From: Candidatus Binataceae bacterium
GTDB lineage: Bacteria; Desulfobacterota; Binatia; Binatales; Binataceae
DNA: 64,000 bases
Reading direction: 5' to 3'
NCBI GenBank assembly: GCA_035531675.1
Contig: DATKSL010000033.1
Coordinates: 160,260 to 224,259, forward strand
Shown in pieces: positions 27,562-37,359 of this stretch; within the stretch, counting starts at the first letter, position 1; the number at the start of each line of letters is the position of its first letter. The notes below the pieces were generated by a model, which searched no databases, was not told where the DNA came from, and saw only the letters and a list, made by a program, of their open reading frames with translations. Both the position numbers and the translations under genes were made by a program.

Positions 27562-30500
27562 TTTCGCACCCCCATTCCCTGCGTATCGCTGCACACCGGT
27601 GCGGTCGCCGTGGTGGCGGCGTAATGCGGAAAGTCCCCCGGGACTGGAGTCGGCATCACCGTGGTGGGCGGCATCGTTCCCACCAGTGCCAGATGATAGG
27701 CCGGGGTCGGCTCGGGAGCCAACATCGCGGTCGGAAGGGTGCAGGTCGACGGGCCGGGCACATAGTTGGGGTCGGTAACCGTGATTACGTAATCCTTGCA
27801 ACCCTCTGCCGGACAGACGTAATAGGTCTCGCCATTCGCGTTTTTGGGACATGAGGGATCCGCCGGCGACTTATCCTTGCAATTGGCCAGCGGTGACGGA
27901 CCATCGGGATTGTGATCCTCCTGGGCCACGTAGAGGAACAGCCAGCCGGTTGAGGAATCGTAATAGTATTTGTCGAGACCGTTATGACCACTCATGTCCA
28001 TGGTACTAACGTAGGTCCCGTCCGAGTTGGTGATGTCACTCAGATTTGCAGCCGGGCTCAGGGTGTCCGTCGGCCATAGGCAAGCCGGTTGGCCGCGGTT
28101 GTCTGTAACCTTGGTGGTACCGTCGGGGCATCCCGCCGAGGCCAGCGTGATCCCGTCGGCCGGGCATCCGATGTAAGGATCTTGCGGCCCGGAGGTGGGA
28201 GTATAAGGACACCCGGCGAGGAGGGGATTCGACGGGCATTGCAGGTTGATTGGCACGGGCTTGTTGGGCAACCCCGGCAACAGGGTATTGCCGACCAGAT
28301 TGTCGCAAATCTCGTGATTACCGTTCTTGTCGACGTACAGATTATTCAGCTTGTTATAGTAGGCGCGTAATTCGAGGTCGTCGGGGCCAGCGCCGATCGT
28401 GCCGCCGCCGTAGGAGTGGTAGCCGCGTGCGATCGTGAACGACGACGCATCCGCGGGCTTGCCGTTCTTGTTCTGGTAGCAGATACCGATTCGCACGTAG
28501 AACGGGTTGGTGGCGCTGATACTGGGCTTGTAAGCATCCACAATGCCCAGCTCAAGGATCTTGGCGATCCCCGCGTCCGTGCCCTTGTCCTGCGCATCAA
28601 CCGCGGCTGTTACCGTGTAGCTCAGCCCGCTGGTTACCTTGGGCTCCCAAACTCCCAGCGCATTGCGGCTGGTGAGGGTCATCGCGCCATGCCCCCCGAA
28701 ATCGACCGCGTCCTTGGTGAAGGTGATCGCCTGCTTCTGCAGAAACGGCGGCTTCGTGCTGTCGGCATCGGGCGGATAGAGCATCTGGAGTTCCAGCGTC
28801 GCCATGCTCGACGGCGACATCAGCGCGGTCGGCCGGTTCTCGAGCACCGCATCCTGTGCACCCTCCGCCAGGCACTCGTCCACCGAGTTGCTCGAGGCGT
28901 TGATCACCAGGCCGTTGAGCGAGATCGGATGGGGTCCGTCGAAGCGCGTGCTGACCGTGTTTTTAGAGTCAGCGGCCACGAACCCGGACAGCGTGCCGTC
29001 GAGATCGACTACCGCGGTGTTCTGATCTCCGTCGCCGAAGCCCGAGCTCGGATTTAAGGGATCTTTGCCGAGGTTGACGTATTGCGTGTAGATCTGATGG
29101 CGCAGATCGGTATTGACGAAGCTCAACTCCGAGGTGTTCGCCAGCGTCGGATAGCTGCTCTGGTTTGACTGGAACCAGCCAAAAGCGGCATCACCCTCGT
29201 AGACCCAGTTCTTCTCTACGCCGTCCTTACCAGTCAGTTTACGAGCGTCGCCCCAGGCTTTGAGCGCCGCGGCGTCGTCACCCGTGAGCGCCGGACTCTG
29301 TTTGAAATCTACAAAACGATCGTGGATCAGACGGGCCGGGCCGTCGTAGATCATGTAGCCGAACATGTTCCAGTTGGGGTCGGGATAGCCTTTGCCGATC
29401 TCATCCGCGCTGTGCGGCTGGTCGCCCGTCTGGACCGGCGTCTGATCGATACAACCCGCCAGCGGCGCCTGACCGGCGAAAGAGGTGTCCGGCCGGGGGC
29501 ACGGACCGAAGCGATCGACATTGTTCTGACTGATTCCCTCGAACACCGAGTTCTCGGTCAGCATCCAGTCGCCCGGGGTGGCGCCGTCGACCCCGCCGGC
29601 GGTCAGCAGCGAGGCGCTGTCGCGGCTGGTCGCGAAGCGGCCGTGGTCGAGCACGAACCACTGATCTCTCAGCCAGACCCCGCGATCGCGGATGCGGAGC
29701 GCGGTCAGGCCGTCGAATTCGGCCAGCAGGTTGCGACTGTTAGGCGTGCCATCGACCGTCGGATGGAGCAGTGAGGCGTTGGATACGCTGTAAGCTCCCT
29801 CGCCGAAGAGGCCGTCGAAGCAGGCGCTGACGCGGTTGTCGCGGAAGGTTCCTACCGGCAGGTATTGGTTAAAATGGACCGCCGTGGGCGCGTTGATCGG
29901 GGGCGGAACGTACCAGTAGCCGACCCCTACGCCCTGGCATCCGTCGATTATATTGCCGGTCAACTGCGTGCCCGGATTGGTGATCCAGAAACCGCTGGCC
30001 GGTTCGATGTAAACCGGATTGTTAGCCGGACATCCTCCGCCCGCCAGCGGCGGGACATAGCCGCCGAGTTGGCCGTTGTATCCGAAGGTCGTACACGAGC
30101 CGTGGGTCGGGTTGGCGGTGTTGTCCATGTCGGGGATGTTGAAGCCGTTGTAGCCGATATTGTCGCCACCCGGCTTTCCATTGGTCAGGTAATCCCCTTT
30201 CCACCAATACTTGTCGATCAGCTCGTCCCGGGAGAATTTGTTGGTCTTGTAGATATCGAACGAGTTGCTCATCGCGCCGATGCCGAGATTGTCCCGGAAG
30301 GTGATGTTCTTCTCGTCGCCGATCTCTTCGTAAAAGAGATGGCCGACAGCACGGACGCATACCGTGTTCGAAATGGTCAGATTGTCGGTCGAGTGCACCG
30401 TTACGCACTTGTTGTAGCTGTGGTCGATGCTGTTGGAATCAACCAGCGCCGTCCCGCCGGCAAGTGGGCCGTCCATGTGAAAATGGATCGGATAGCTGCC

Positions 30501-31718
30501 GAGCTGATCCTTGCCGAACTTCTGCATCTCCACGCCCTGGATCGAGACCTCCTTGAAACCCATCAGGTACCTGGTCTCGCCGCCCCAATGGATATCGGCC
30601 TTATCCTTGCCATCGATGCTCGCGGTCAGCTTGATATTGCGGCTTAGCAATGCGACCGGGGCGCGCTCGTCAACGCCGTAGTTCTGCGCCGCCGGGTCAC
30701 TGTAGTTGAGCGGACTCGGCTGCGAGGTGCAGGCGCTGGTGCATCCCATGGGCGCCATGCCGCAGGCGAAGTAGGTCGGCACGTTGTTGACCATGCAGAA
30801 CTGGCTTGGCGTCGGCGCCGCGCTGCCGAAGTGGTAGTGAACCAGCGGTGTCGAAAGGAAAACGTCGCTGCCGGTCGGATTGTCAGCCGGCTTGCTCTTG
30901 ATGCTCGCAATCTTCACGATCTCGGTGTCGAACGGGCTGAAGCTGGTGCCGCCCACCGCAATCCAGTCATCGTCCTGCCAGCGACCGGTACCCTGGGTTA
31001 CGTCGTCGGCCAGCCGCAGCGCATCCGCGCCGTCGGTCCCAACCGGCACCGTGACTCCGCTGCCCTTGCCATAATGCTTGGGCGGCCCGGCGGGCTGCGA
31101 AAGGTAGCTCCAGTTAAGGCCGTTGGGCGGGACTCCCTTCTGCCCATACATCTCCAACGAGCCGCCGCTTTGAACCTGGATCCCCTTGCTGAAGTCCGGG
31201 CAGTTGGTCCCCGCCGCGCACGGACGTTTGCCGTTGAAGTCGAGTGTGACCAGCGTCATCGGATCCGTCATCCCGATCGGATGGGCCTTCTGGCCGATCT
31301 GGAGCAGGCCGTTGACCAGGATGGTGCCGACCTCCATCTTCACGGTCTTGTCTGGAAAGCAGAGCGTGGCGCCGGAATCGATGGTGATGGTGTTGAAGCG
31401 CTCCTCGCCCATGTAGCTCTTATCGACGTATACGCTCGGGCCGCATCCGTTGGCGCCGATCTCAAGGTCTTTGTTGGCGCCTTTTTTACAGCTCGAATTC
31501 GACAGCGGGATCGCCGATGCGCCGCAGATACCCGGATCCGCTTGGACCATGTTCCTGAAGTTTCCCGGGAGCGTCCTGGCGCCGCTGCCGCCGCTATACG
31601 CACTGACTATCAGCATCGTGGCTGCCGCGAATGCCCAACGGACGACCGTGAAGCTGCGCCGCCTGGGTCCGGAAGTCTGCGAACTGCCAGTGATTTCCGA
31701 AAAGATTTTCCTAAACAT
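27558..31718 (-). CDS. giant secreted G8-domain / right-handed parallel beta-helix protein (CEMIP/TMEM2-like), 1386 aa, Cys-rich C-terminal region
   Basis: N-terminal region with Tat-like RRRSF plus a hydrophobic signal. A G8-like Gly-spaced domain (res ~90-210). A central YPIHFHM...CVTVH...GHLFYEE block reminiscent of the CEMIP/TMEM2 beta-helix. Multiple CPxxGC-type Cys pairs near the C-terminus. Uninterrupted 4.16-kb frame. Confidence 0.6.
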   Translation of the reverse strand: MFRKIFSEITGSSQTSGPRRRSFTVVRWAFAAATMLIVSAYSGGSGARTLPGNFRNMVQADPGICGASAIPLSNSSCKKGANKDLEIGANGCGPSVYVDKSYMGEERFNTITIDSGATLCFPDKTVKMEVGTILVNGLLQIGQKAHPIGMTDPMTLVTLDFNGKRPCAAGTNCPDFSKGIQVQSGGSLEMYGQKGVPPNGLNWSYLSQPAGPPKHYGKGSGVTVPVGTDGADALRLADDVTQGTGRWQDDDWIAVGGTSFSPFDTEIVKIASIKSKPADNPTGSDVFLSTPLVHYHFGSAAPTPSQFCMVNNVPTYFACGMAPMGCTSACTSQPSPLNYSDPAAQNYGVDERAPVALLSRNIKLTASIDGKDKADIHWGGETRYLMGFKEVSIQGVEMQKFGKDQLGSYPIHFHMDGPLAGGTALVDSNSIDHSYNKCVTVHSTDNLTISNTVCVRAVGHLFYEEIGDEKNITFRDNLGIGAMSNSFDIYKTNKFSRDELIDKYWWKGDYLTNGKPGGDNIGYNGFNIPDMDNTANPTHGSCTTFGYNGQLGGYVPPLAGGGCPANNPVYIEPASGFWITNPGTQLTGNIIDGCQGVGVGYWYVPPPINAPTAVHFNQYLPVGTFRDNRVSACFDGLFGEGAYSVSNASLLHPTVDGTPNSRNLLAEFDGLTALRIRDRGVWLRDQWFVLDHGRFATSRDSASLLTAGGVDGATPGDWMLTENSVFEGISQNNVDRFGPCPRPDTSFAGQAPLAGCIDQTPVQTGDQPHSADEIGKGYPDPNWNMFGYMIYDGPARLIHDRFVDFKQSPALTGDDAAALKAWGDARKLTGKDGVEKNWVYEGDAAFGWFQSNQSSYPTLANTSELSFVNTDLRHQIYTQYVNLGKDPLNPSSGFGDGDQNTAVVDLDGTLSGFVAADSKNTVSTRFDGPHPISLNGLVINASSNSVDECLAEGAQDAVLENRPTALMSPSSMATLELQMLYPPDADSTKPPFLQKQAITFTKDAVDFGGHGAMTLTSRNALGVWEPKVTSGLSYTVTAAVDAQDKGTDAGIAKILELGIVDAYKPSISATNPFYVRIGICYQNKNGKPADASSFTIARGYHSYGGGTIGAGPDDLELRAYYNKLNNLYVDKNGNHEICDNLVGNTLLPGLPNKPVPINLQCPSNPLLAGCPYTPTSGPQDPYIGCPADGITLASAGCPDGTTKVTDNRGQPACLWPTDTLSPAANLSDITNSDGTYVSTMDMSGHNGLDKYYYDSSTGWLFLYVAQEDHNPDGPSPLANCKDKSPADPSCPKNANGETYYVCPAEGCKDYVITVTDPNYVPGPSTCTLPTAMLAPEPTPAYHLALVGTMPPTTVMPTPVPGDFPHYAATTATAPVCSDTQGMGVRK

Positions 31719-32097
31719 ACACCCCTCAAACGACGAATGAACTTCTGCCTTGGTCCAAAAAAAAGCTCAGCCTCCAGCAGGTAACCGGACTACTGCCTGG
31801 GGCAGCTGGCTGCTCAATTCTGACTTCGCGTTGCCGAAGCTGTTGTCGCGTGGGTTTACCGTGATCAGGCCCCTGGATACCGGGCTGGATTCACCCACAC
31901 TAGAGCTCCCCTTGTCCGCCACGCAGGGCCTTGCCGGTTTCGACGCCGACTGGTCTGCTCAGCAGGCTCAAAGGCTATATCACGACTAGATTGAACAGGA
32001 AAAGACTAGGCGACACCCACTTGCCAATTCTTGAGCCTACCAAAATAGCCTTACATGCTGCATCACTTCGGATTTTCATCTGAAAATTAACAAAAGG

Positions 32098-32823
32098 TCA
32101 CTGTGCGCCAAACGTAGCAGCGCTAAAGACCGGTACCCTCACCGGTATCTGCATCCGCTTGCCGTTGCGCGACACGCTGAGATAGACCAGCTCGCCGGCG
32201 CGCGCCAGGTTCATCCGCCGCGAGAAATCTAGATAATTCGTAATCCGTTCGCCGTCCAGACCGATAATAAGATCGTACGACTCTCCCACGCGCGAGCCGC
32301 TGACCGCCGCCGCCGCCAACATCGCCGGCGGAAAAAACAGCGATACGGCAAACGCTACCCCCGAGAGCGCGGAATTGATGCCCACCCGCTCGCCCCGCAG
32401 CCCGGCGTAGGCGGCTGGGGTGCCCGGAAGCACCTCGACGACCAGCAGCCCGGCCACTTCGCCGCTACCGTCGACGCCGCGGTGATCTTCCCGAATCACC
32501 ATCCCGAGCGACGAGGAGTCGTCTCCGTCCGCCATGAAATCGCTCAGGCTTCGCAGCTCCCGGCGCAGCTCGGCCGGCGGGGCCTGCACAACGGGGGGAC
32601 TGCTGCCGCCCGCGGAATTGTAGATATCCGGCGGAGCGCCGAAGGGAGCCGCAGCGTTCTGCGATTGAGGTAGAACCGCGGGCGGGATCTCAGTGGTGCT
32701 GGGCGGCAGGACCGAAGGGGGCGAACCCTCCTGGGCGCTTATCGGCAGAGGGCGCAGCGCTAAAGGCGTCAGGCATAGCGCAATCAACGCCCATCGCGGG
32801 ATATGGCTTCCCCCGGCGCGCAT
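32098..32823 (-). CDS. secreted PDZ domain-containing protein
   Basis: Signal peptide, Pro/Ser-rich linker, then a PDZ-like segment (LLVVEVLPGTPAAYAGLRGERV...DLIIGLDGERI). Confidence 0.5.
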   Translation of the reverse strand: MRAGGSHIPRWALIALCLTPLALRPLPISAQEGSPPSVLPPSTTEIPPAVLPQSQNAAAPFGAPPDIYNSAGGSSPPVVQAPPAELRRELRSLSDFMADGDDSSSLGMVIREDHRGVDGSGEVAGLLVVEVLPGTPAAYAGLRGERVGINSALSGVAFAVSLFFPPAMLAAAAVSGSRVGESYDLIIGLDGERITNYLDFSRRMNLARAGELVYLSVSRNGKRMQIPVRVPVFSAATFGAQ

Positions 32824-32903
32824 ACTTAATCAGTGTGCCACAATCTACTCCGCGAGACATCCTGCGCCGCCCCCGCGCTAAGGTTAGGCGAACCCTGATG
32901 AGG

Positions 32904-33308
32904 TCAGCGCGGTCTTACGGTGACGACCGGACACGAGGCCAGTCGTATTACCTGCTCGGCGACACTGCCGAGCCGACTATGGTCGGCGCCGGTGCGGCCG
33001 TGCGTTGCCATCACCACCAAATCGACGTTGAGGGTCTGTTGCGCGCTGACAATTCCGGTGGCGGGTTTGCCGGAACTCACGACGATTTCATGGGCAATCT
33101 TCTCGGCCAGCCACTTCTGCGCAATCCCTCGCAGGTTGTCCCTGGCGACCTGCTCAAGATCGGTCGGAAGCGACGAGCCGGGGACGACATACAGCAGGTA
33201 AACCGTGGCCTCGTTTTGGAGCGCGAGCTTCTGAACCATCTCGAGCGCCGGCACCGAGACACGATCAAAATCCACCGGACAAAGAATCTTTTTGAACAGC
33301 GCCGTCAT
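32904..33308 (-). CDS. universal stress protein (UspA family)
   Basis: 134 aa with the USP fold pattern and C-terminal ATHGRTG ATP-binding-like motif. Confidence 0.8.
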   Translation of the reverse strand: MTALFKKILCPVDFDRVSVPALEMVQKLALQNEATVYLLYVVPGSSLPTDLEQVARDNLRGIAQKWLAEKIAHEIVVSSGKPATGIVSAQQTLNVDLVVMATHGRTGADHSRLGSVAEQVIRLASCPVVTVRPR

Positions 33309-33470
33309 TCTGGCCTCTCATACAAGCAAATAGCAGATTGAAGGAAATTCTTCATCCTTGCATGGCCGGGTTGCGGAGCGAGCGCAGGACGAAGCGTGAT
33401 CGATAACGCCATAGCGGCGCGTGATTGTTTTATTCGCTTAGCGAGATTCTCGCATCCCGGCTCGCGACTC

Positions 33471-34421
33471 TCATCGGGGCGCTGCGCGTTCGAGGCTGCC
33501 ACGGTCCCAATGTCCCAGCTCGGCGGCCGCCTGATAGGTGCTTTGCAGGAAATCGAGCAGCACCGCGTCCGGTGCATCCGCCCTGCGGACATCGTCATAG
33601 GGCAGGATGAACTCGCCCAATTCCCGACGATAGCCGGCGCTATTCGACTTCACGCGCGCCTCGGCAAAGCCCGGCGGCTGCGGATACGCATAAGAGTAGA
33701 ATATCGGCCCATCGATCGGTCCGCCGCCGGGCCAGAAGCCGCAACTGCTGACCTCGTGCGAATAGGCCTCGCGGGTGACCCGATCGGCCACGTTGGGCGC
33801 GCCGGGATGGACCGGCGCCAGCCGCCCGGAAAATCGCGTGACCGCCAAATCAAAGCTGCCCCAGAAAAAATGGACCGGGCTTACTTTGCCGATAAAGCCG
33901 GCCCTGAATGAAGTAAGAATCCGGTCCGCCTGCACCAGGATGCGCCAGAAGCGATGCGCGTATTCCGCGTCGTAGGCGCCGTGCTCGTGGTCCGCTTCGA
34001 ACCGCGTCGGCCGTTCGATCTCGACCGGCATGCTCCAGATGCGGACCGCCAGTCCCAGCGACCGCATGCGATCCATAATCTCGCGGTAGAAGTCGGCCAC
34101 GCTTTGCGGTTGCAAAGCCATCGACGCGGCCGCGCCGTCGCTGGTCTGGATCGTCAGGCGATGGTCGATGAAATCGAAATCGATCTGAAAGGTGCGCGCG
34201 CCATACGGGATCGGCGAGGTCGTCAATCCTCGACAGGTCACGTAAAGCGCGACCTGCCACCAATGATTGATCGGCGGCGCCTGCGCTAACCTGATTTTGC
34301 CCACCACCTGCGTCCAAAGCTGCAGCGTGGCGTACGTCTCCTGCCACGCCTTAAGGGGCAAGCTCGGCCACGCCTCGTCGCCAGCCGCGCGCTTTACGTC
34401 CCTGGTGGTTGTCATCGCCAT
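33471..34421 (-). CDS. DUF5996-like conserved hypothetical protein
   Basis: 316-aa protein with a WPxLPxxxWxxTxxTLxLWTQxVGKIRLA N-terminal pattern that I associate with DUF5996. Family assignment from memory only. Confidence 0.45.
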   Translation of the reverse strand: MAMTTTRDVKRAAGDEAWPSLPLKAWQETYATLQLWTQVVGKIRLAQAPPINHWWQVALYVTCRGLTTSPIPYGARTFQIDFDFIDHRLTIQTSDGAAASMALQPQSVADFYREIMDRMRSLGLAVRIWSMPVEIERPTRFEADHEHGAYDAEYAHRFWRILVQADRILTSFRAGFIGKVSPVHFFWGSFDLAVTRFSGRLAPVHPGAPNVADRVTREAYSHEVSSCGFWPGGGPIDGPIFYSYAYPQPPGFAEARVKSNSAGYRRELGEFILPYDDVRRADAPDAVLLDFLQSTYQAAAELGHWDRGSLERAAPR

Positions 34422-34541
34422 GTACCCCGCAACCCGAATCGATAGTGCGTTTTCCGGCAGGCCCGCGTAGCGATCTATGTTAGCGTCGGTCCGCTCGCGT
34501 TCCTAACGTCGCGTCGGGAGCGCCAATCAGGGAGGTTCCAG

Positions 34542-35351
34542 ATGAACCCGAAACTCCGGGTATTTTTCGGTCTATTGCTCCTGATCGCGATCGCCGGCGC
34601 CGCTTCCGCTGCGTCGGCCCAGGATCGATCGCTGGCCGAGGCCTACCGGATTATCGCCTCGAAGCAGTTCGTCGATCTGACGCACTCTTTCGGCCCGCTG
34701 ACCCCGGTATGGAAGGGGTTTGGTCAGGCGACCTTCTCGCGCGCTGCCAATCCTGAAACCGGCCGTCCCTACACTATCGAGAAGGATCATTTCCGCGCCT
34801 TCTTCTATTCGATGGTGGGGCAGTACGGCACTCATATCGATCCGCCGGCCCATTTCGACCCGCACGGCCTGACGATGGACCAGCTGCCGCTCAAACAGAT
34901 GATCCTGCCGCTGGTGGTTTTCGATATGACGCCGATTCTCAAGCACGATCCGAATCATGCGTTGACCGTCGATGACATCAAGGCCTGGGAGCGGGTGCAC
35001 GGCCGGGTTCCCGCCGGATCGTTCGCCGCGTTGCGCACCGATATGTACAAGGACTGGGCGACCAATCCCGCGCGCTTCAAGCGCTCGCCGTTCCCGGCCT
35101 GGTCGCTGGCGGCGATCGAATTCCTCTACCAGCAACGCGGAATCGTGGCGAATGGCCACGAATCGATGGATACCGACACCACCGACGACATGAAATCCGA
35201 GACCTGGCTGCTCACGCACGGCCACTGGCAGATCGAGGTGATGACCCATCTCGACCGGGTGCCCGCCACCGGCGCGCTAATCGTGGTGAGCTGGCCGAAG
35301 GTCAAGCACGGGCTCGGCTTCCCGGCGCGCGCCTTCGCGATTTTGCCGTGA
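34542..35351 (+). CDS. putative cyclase family protein (kynurenine formamidase KynB-like), with signal peptide
   Basis: HxGTHxDxPxH motif (QYGTHIDPPAHF) of PF04199-type cyclases and an N-terminal secretion signal. Confidence 0.7.
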   Translation: MNPKLRVFFGLLLLIAIAGAASAASAQDRSLAEAYRIIASKQFVDLTHSFGPLTPVWKGFGQATFSRAANPETGRPYTIEKDHFRAFFYSMVGQYGTHIDPPAHFDPHGLTMDQLPLKQMILPLVVFDMTPILKHDPNHALTVDDIKAWERVHGRVPAGSFAALRTDMYKDWATNPARFKRSPFPAWSLAAIEFLYQQRGIVANGHESMDTDTTDDMKSETWLLTHGHWQIEVMTHLDRVPATGALIVVSWPKVKHGLGFPARAFAILP

Positions 35352-35368
35352 ACCCGGTGCGGCGAATC

Positions 35369-36082
35369 CTATCGATCGAGCTCAGGGTAGTAGCGAAAGA
35401 TGCCCTGCTGATTGAATGGAATCCGGCGCTCCGAGGCGAGGTAGGCGGCGATCCGCGGACGCTCTACGACGCGATCGTGCAACGCGATCGTATGGGGATA
35501 GCGGCGGGCGACGCGTTTCATCGCGCGCGGAAACGCATACCTGAGCCCGGCCACGATCTCGAACAATGACAGATCGGCATACGTCAGCCGCGGCCCGGAC
35601 AGATAGCGGCCCTTGCCGTTGCCGGCCAGCACGCGCTCGAAGTAGCCGAGAAATTTCGGCAGGCGGTTCTTGAGAAAGTCCGCGGCGCGCAGGCGCGCTT
35701 CGCGCTTCTGCTGCTCGTAGTAGAGGCTGCCGGCGATCGGATGATGGGTGGCGTGGATTTCCTCCAGGAAGTCGGCCATCGTCAATTGCAGTTGATGGGT
35801 CCACAACCGGCCACCCTCATCGGCGGGCGCGAGCCGATGGCGCGAGCCGAGAAACAGCAGGATGTTCGCGGTTTGACTGATCAGCATCCGGCCGGCCTTC
35901 AGAAACGGCGGCGCGAAGGGCGGATGCGTGACGCCGCGCCCTTCGAGCATCCGCATCATCGCCAGCATCCCGCGTTTTCCCCGTGCCAGGTCAAGGTAAT
36001 CGGCGCCCGCCTCTTCGAGCGCCAGGCGCACGAACTCGCCACGCCCCTGGATGGTCGGCCAATAATAGAGTTCATATTGCAT
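35369..36082 (-). CDS. glutathione S-transferase family protein
   Basis: Full-length two-domain GST layout, 237 aa. Confidence 0.7.
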   Translation of the reverse strand: MQYELYYWPTIQGRGEFVRLALEEAGADYLDLARGKRGMLAMMRMLEGRGVTHPPFAPPFLKAGRMLISQTANILLFLGSRHRLAPADEGGRLWTHQLQLTMADFLEEIHATHHPIAGSLYYEQQKREARLRAADFLKNRLPKFLGYFERVLAGNGKGRYLSGPRLTYADLSLFEIVAGLRYAFPRAMKRVARRYPHTIALHDRVVERPRIAAYLASERRIPFNQQGIFRYYPELDR

Positions 36083-36160
36083 CGGCTTGGAATCTCCTCA
36101 CTTAGTCCGGCCCGGCCCCCGTAGGATAGGCCAACCGGCGGCGATTGCGAATTGCTGAAA

Positions 36161-37234
36161 TCAAGCCGTCGCTTCGCGGCACGCGAGTATCGGCATGATC
36201 TTCTCGCCGAAGTTCCGGATCCCGCCGACGAAATCCGGGAAGCTCAGCAGTAGTCCGTCGACGCCGGTGTCGCGTGCGAGCTCGTCTATCTGCTGCGCGC
36301 AGCTCTCGTACGATCCCAGGATCACCGGCGTGCCCATGAAAACGATATTGCCCAGCTCGACCGGCCGCGCCATCCCGGTGCGCAGCGCCTCGCTGGTGCC
36401 GCCGGGATTGGTATCGAGCGAGGCGCTGCTCAGCACGTTGCGAATCGCGTCCAGGTCGGCACCGGCAATGATGTCGTCGGCCTGCCGCCGCGCCTGCGCG
36501 TCGCTCTCGGCCGCGATCAGCACGAATTGCGCGTAGGTGCCGACCGAGCGTCCGAACTCGATCGCGTGCGTGCCCAGTTGCGTGCCGATAGTTTTCAGCC
36601 GCTGCCGGTCCGCCGTCACGAAATTGTGATCGCCGAGCTCGGCGGTGAAGCGCATGCCGCGCGGCGAGCTGCCCGCGCATACGATTGCGATCTCGCGCCG
36701 CGGCGTGGGCAGGCATCGGCAATCCGGCAAATCGAAGAAAGCGCCGTGGTGGGAAACGCGTCCGTCACGCCACAAGGCCTTCATGATCTGCAGATACTCG
36801 GTCGCGTATTCGTAACGCTGGTCGTAGTATTGGTCGCCCGGCCACAGCCCCATCTGCTGGTATTCGGGGCGGTTCCATCCGGTGACGATATTGAGGCCGC
36901 AACGGCCGCCGCTTATGTCGTCGATAGTCGCAACCATCCGCGCCGCGACCGCAGGATGCATGCTGAGGATGCCGACGCTCGGAAACAGGTAGATGCTGGA
37001 GGTGTCGCGGGCCAGCGCGGCCATCAGCGTGAACGACTCCAGGCAGGCGTCCCAGTAACCGCCTTCGCCGCCGAAGCCGCGGAACTTGATCATCGAGAGC
37101 GCGAATTCCAGGCCCTGCCGCTCGGCTTCGACGGTGATGGCGCGGTTATGCTCATAGGTCGGCGGATATTGCGGGCTGCGCGTCGACAGGATGTAGCCGT
37201 TGGTGCCGTTGGGCAGAAACACGCCGAATTTCAT
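36161..37234 (-). CDS. LLM class flavin-dependent monooxygenase, RutA-like (pyrimidine-monooxygenase family)
   Basis: Close resemblance to RutA throughout (MKFGVFLP, LSMIKFRGFGG, NIVTGWNRPEYQQMGLWPGD, CAGSS). Paralog of the 50329 gene. Confidence 0.8.
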   Translation of the reverse strand: MKFGVFLPNGTNGYILSTRSPQYPPTYEHNRAITVEAERQGLEFALSMIKFRGFGGEGGYWDACLESFTLMAALARDTSSIYLFPSVGILSMHPAVAARMVATIDDISGGRCGLNIVTGWNRPEYQQMGLWPGDQYYDQRYEYATEYLQIMKALWRDGRVSHHGAFFDLPDCRCLPTPRREIAIVCAGSSPRGMRFTAELGDHNFVTADRQRLKTIGTQLGTHAIEFGRSVGTYAQFVLIAAESDAQARRQADDIIAGADLDAIRNVLSSASLDTNPGGTSEALRTGMARPVELGNIVFMGTPVILGSYESCAQQIDELARDTGVDGLLLSFPDFVGGIRNFGEKIMPILACREATA

Positions 37235-37359
37235 GGGTTGAAATTAGCCCGCTCTTCAAGGAGATAGCAATTCGCAAATCCGCGCCGGCTGGTTCGATTC
37301 GGGACGGATCGCTATGCTTACCAGCGTTGGGGTTTCGGCTTTTGGGGGAGGAACAAACT

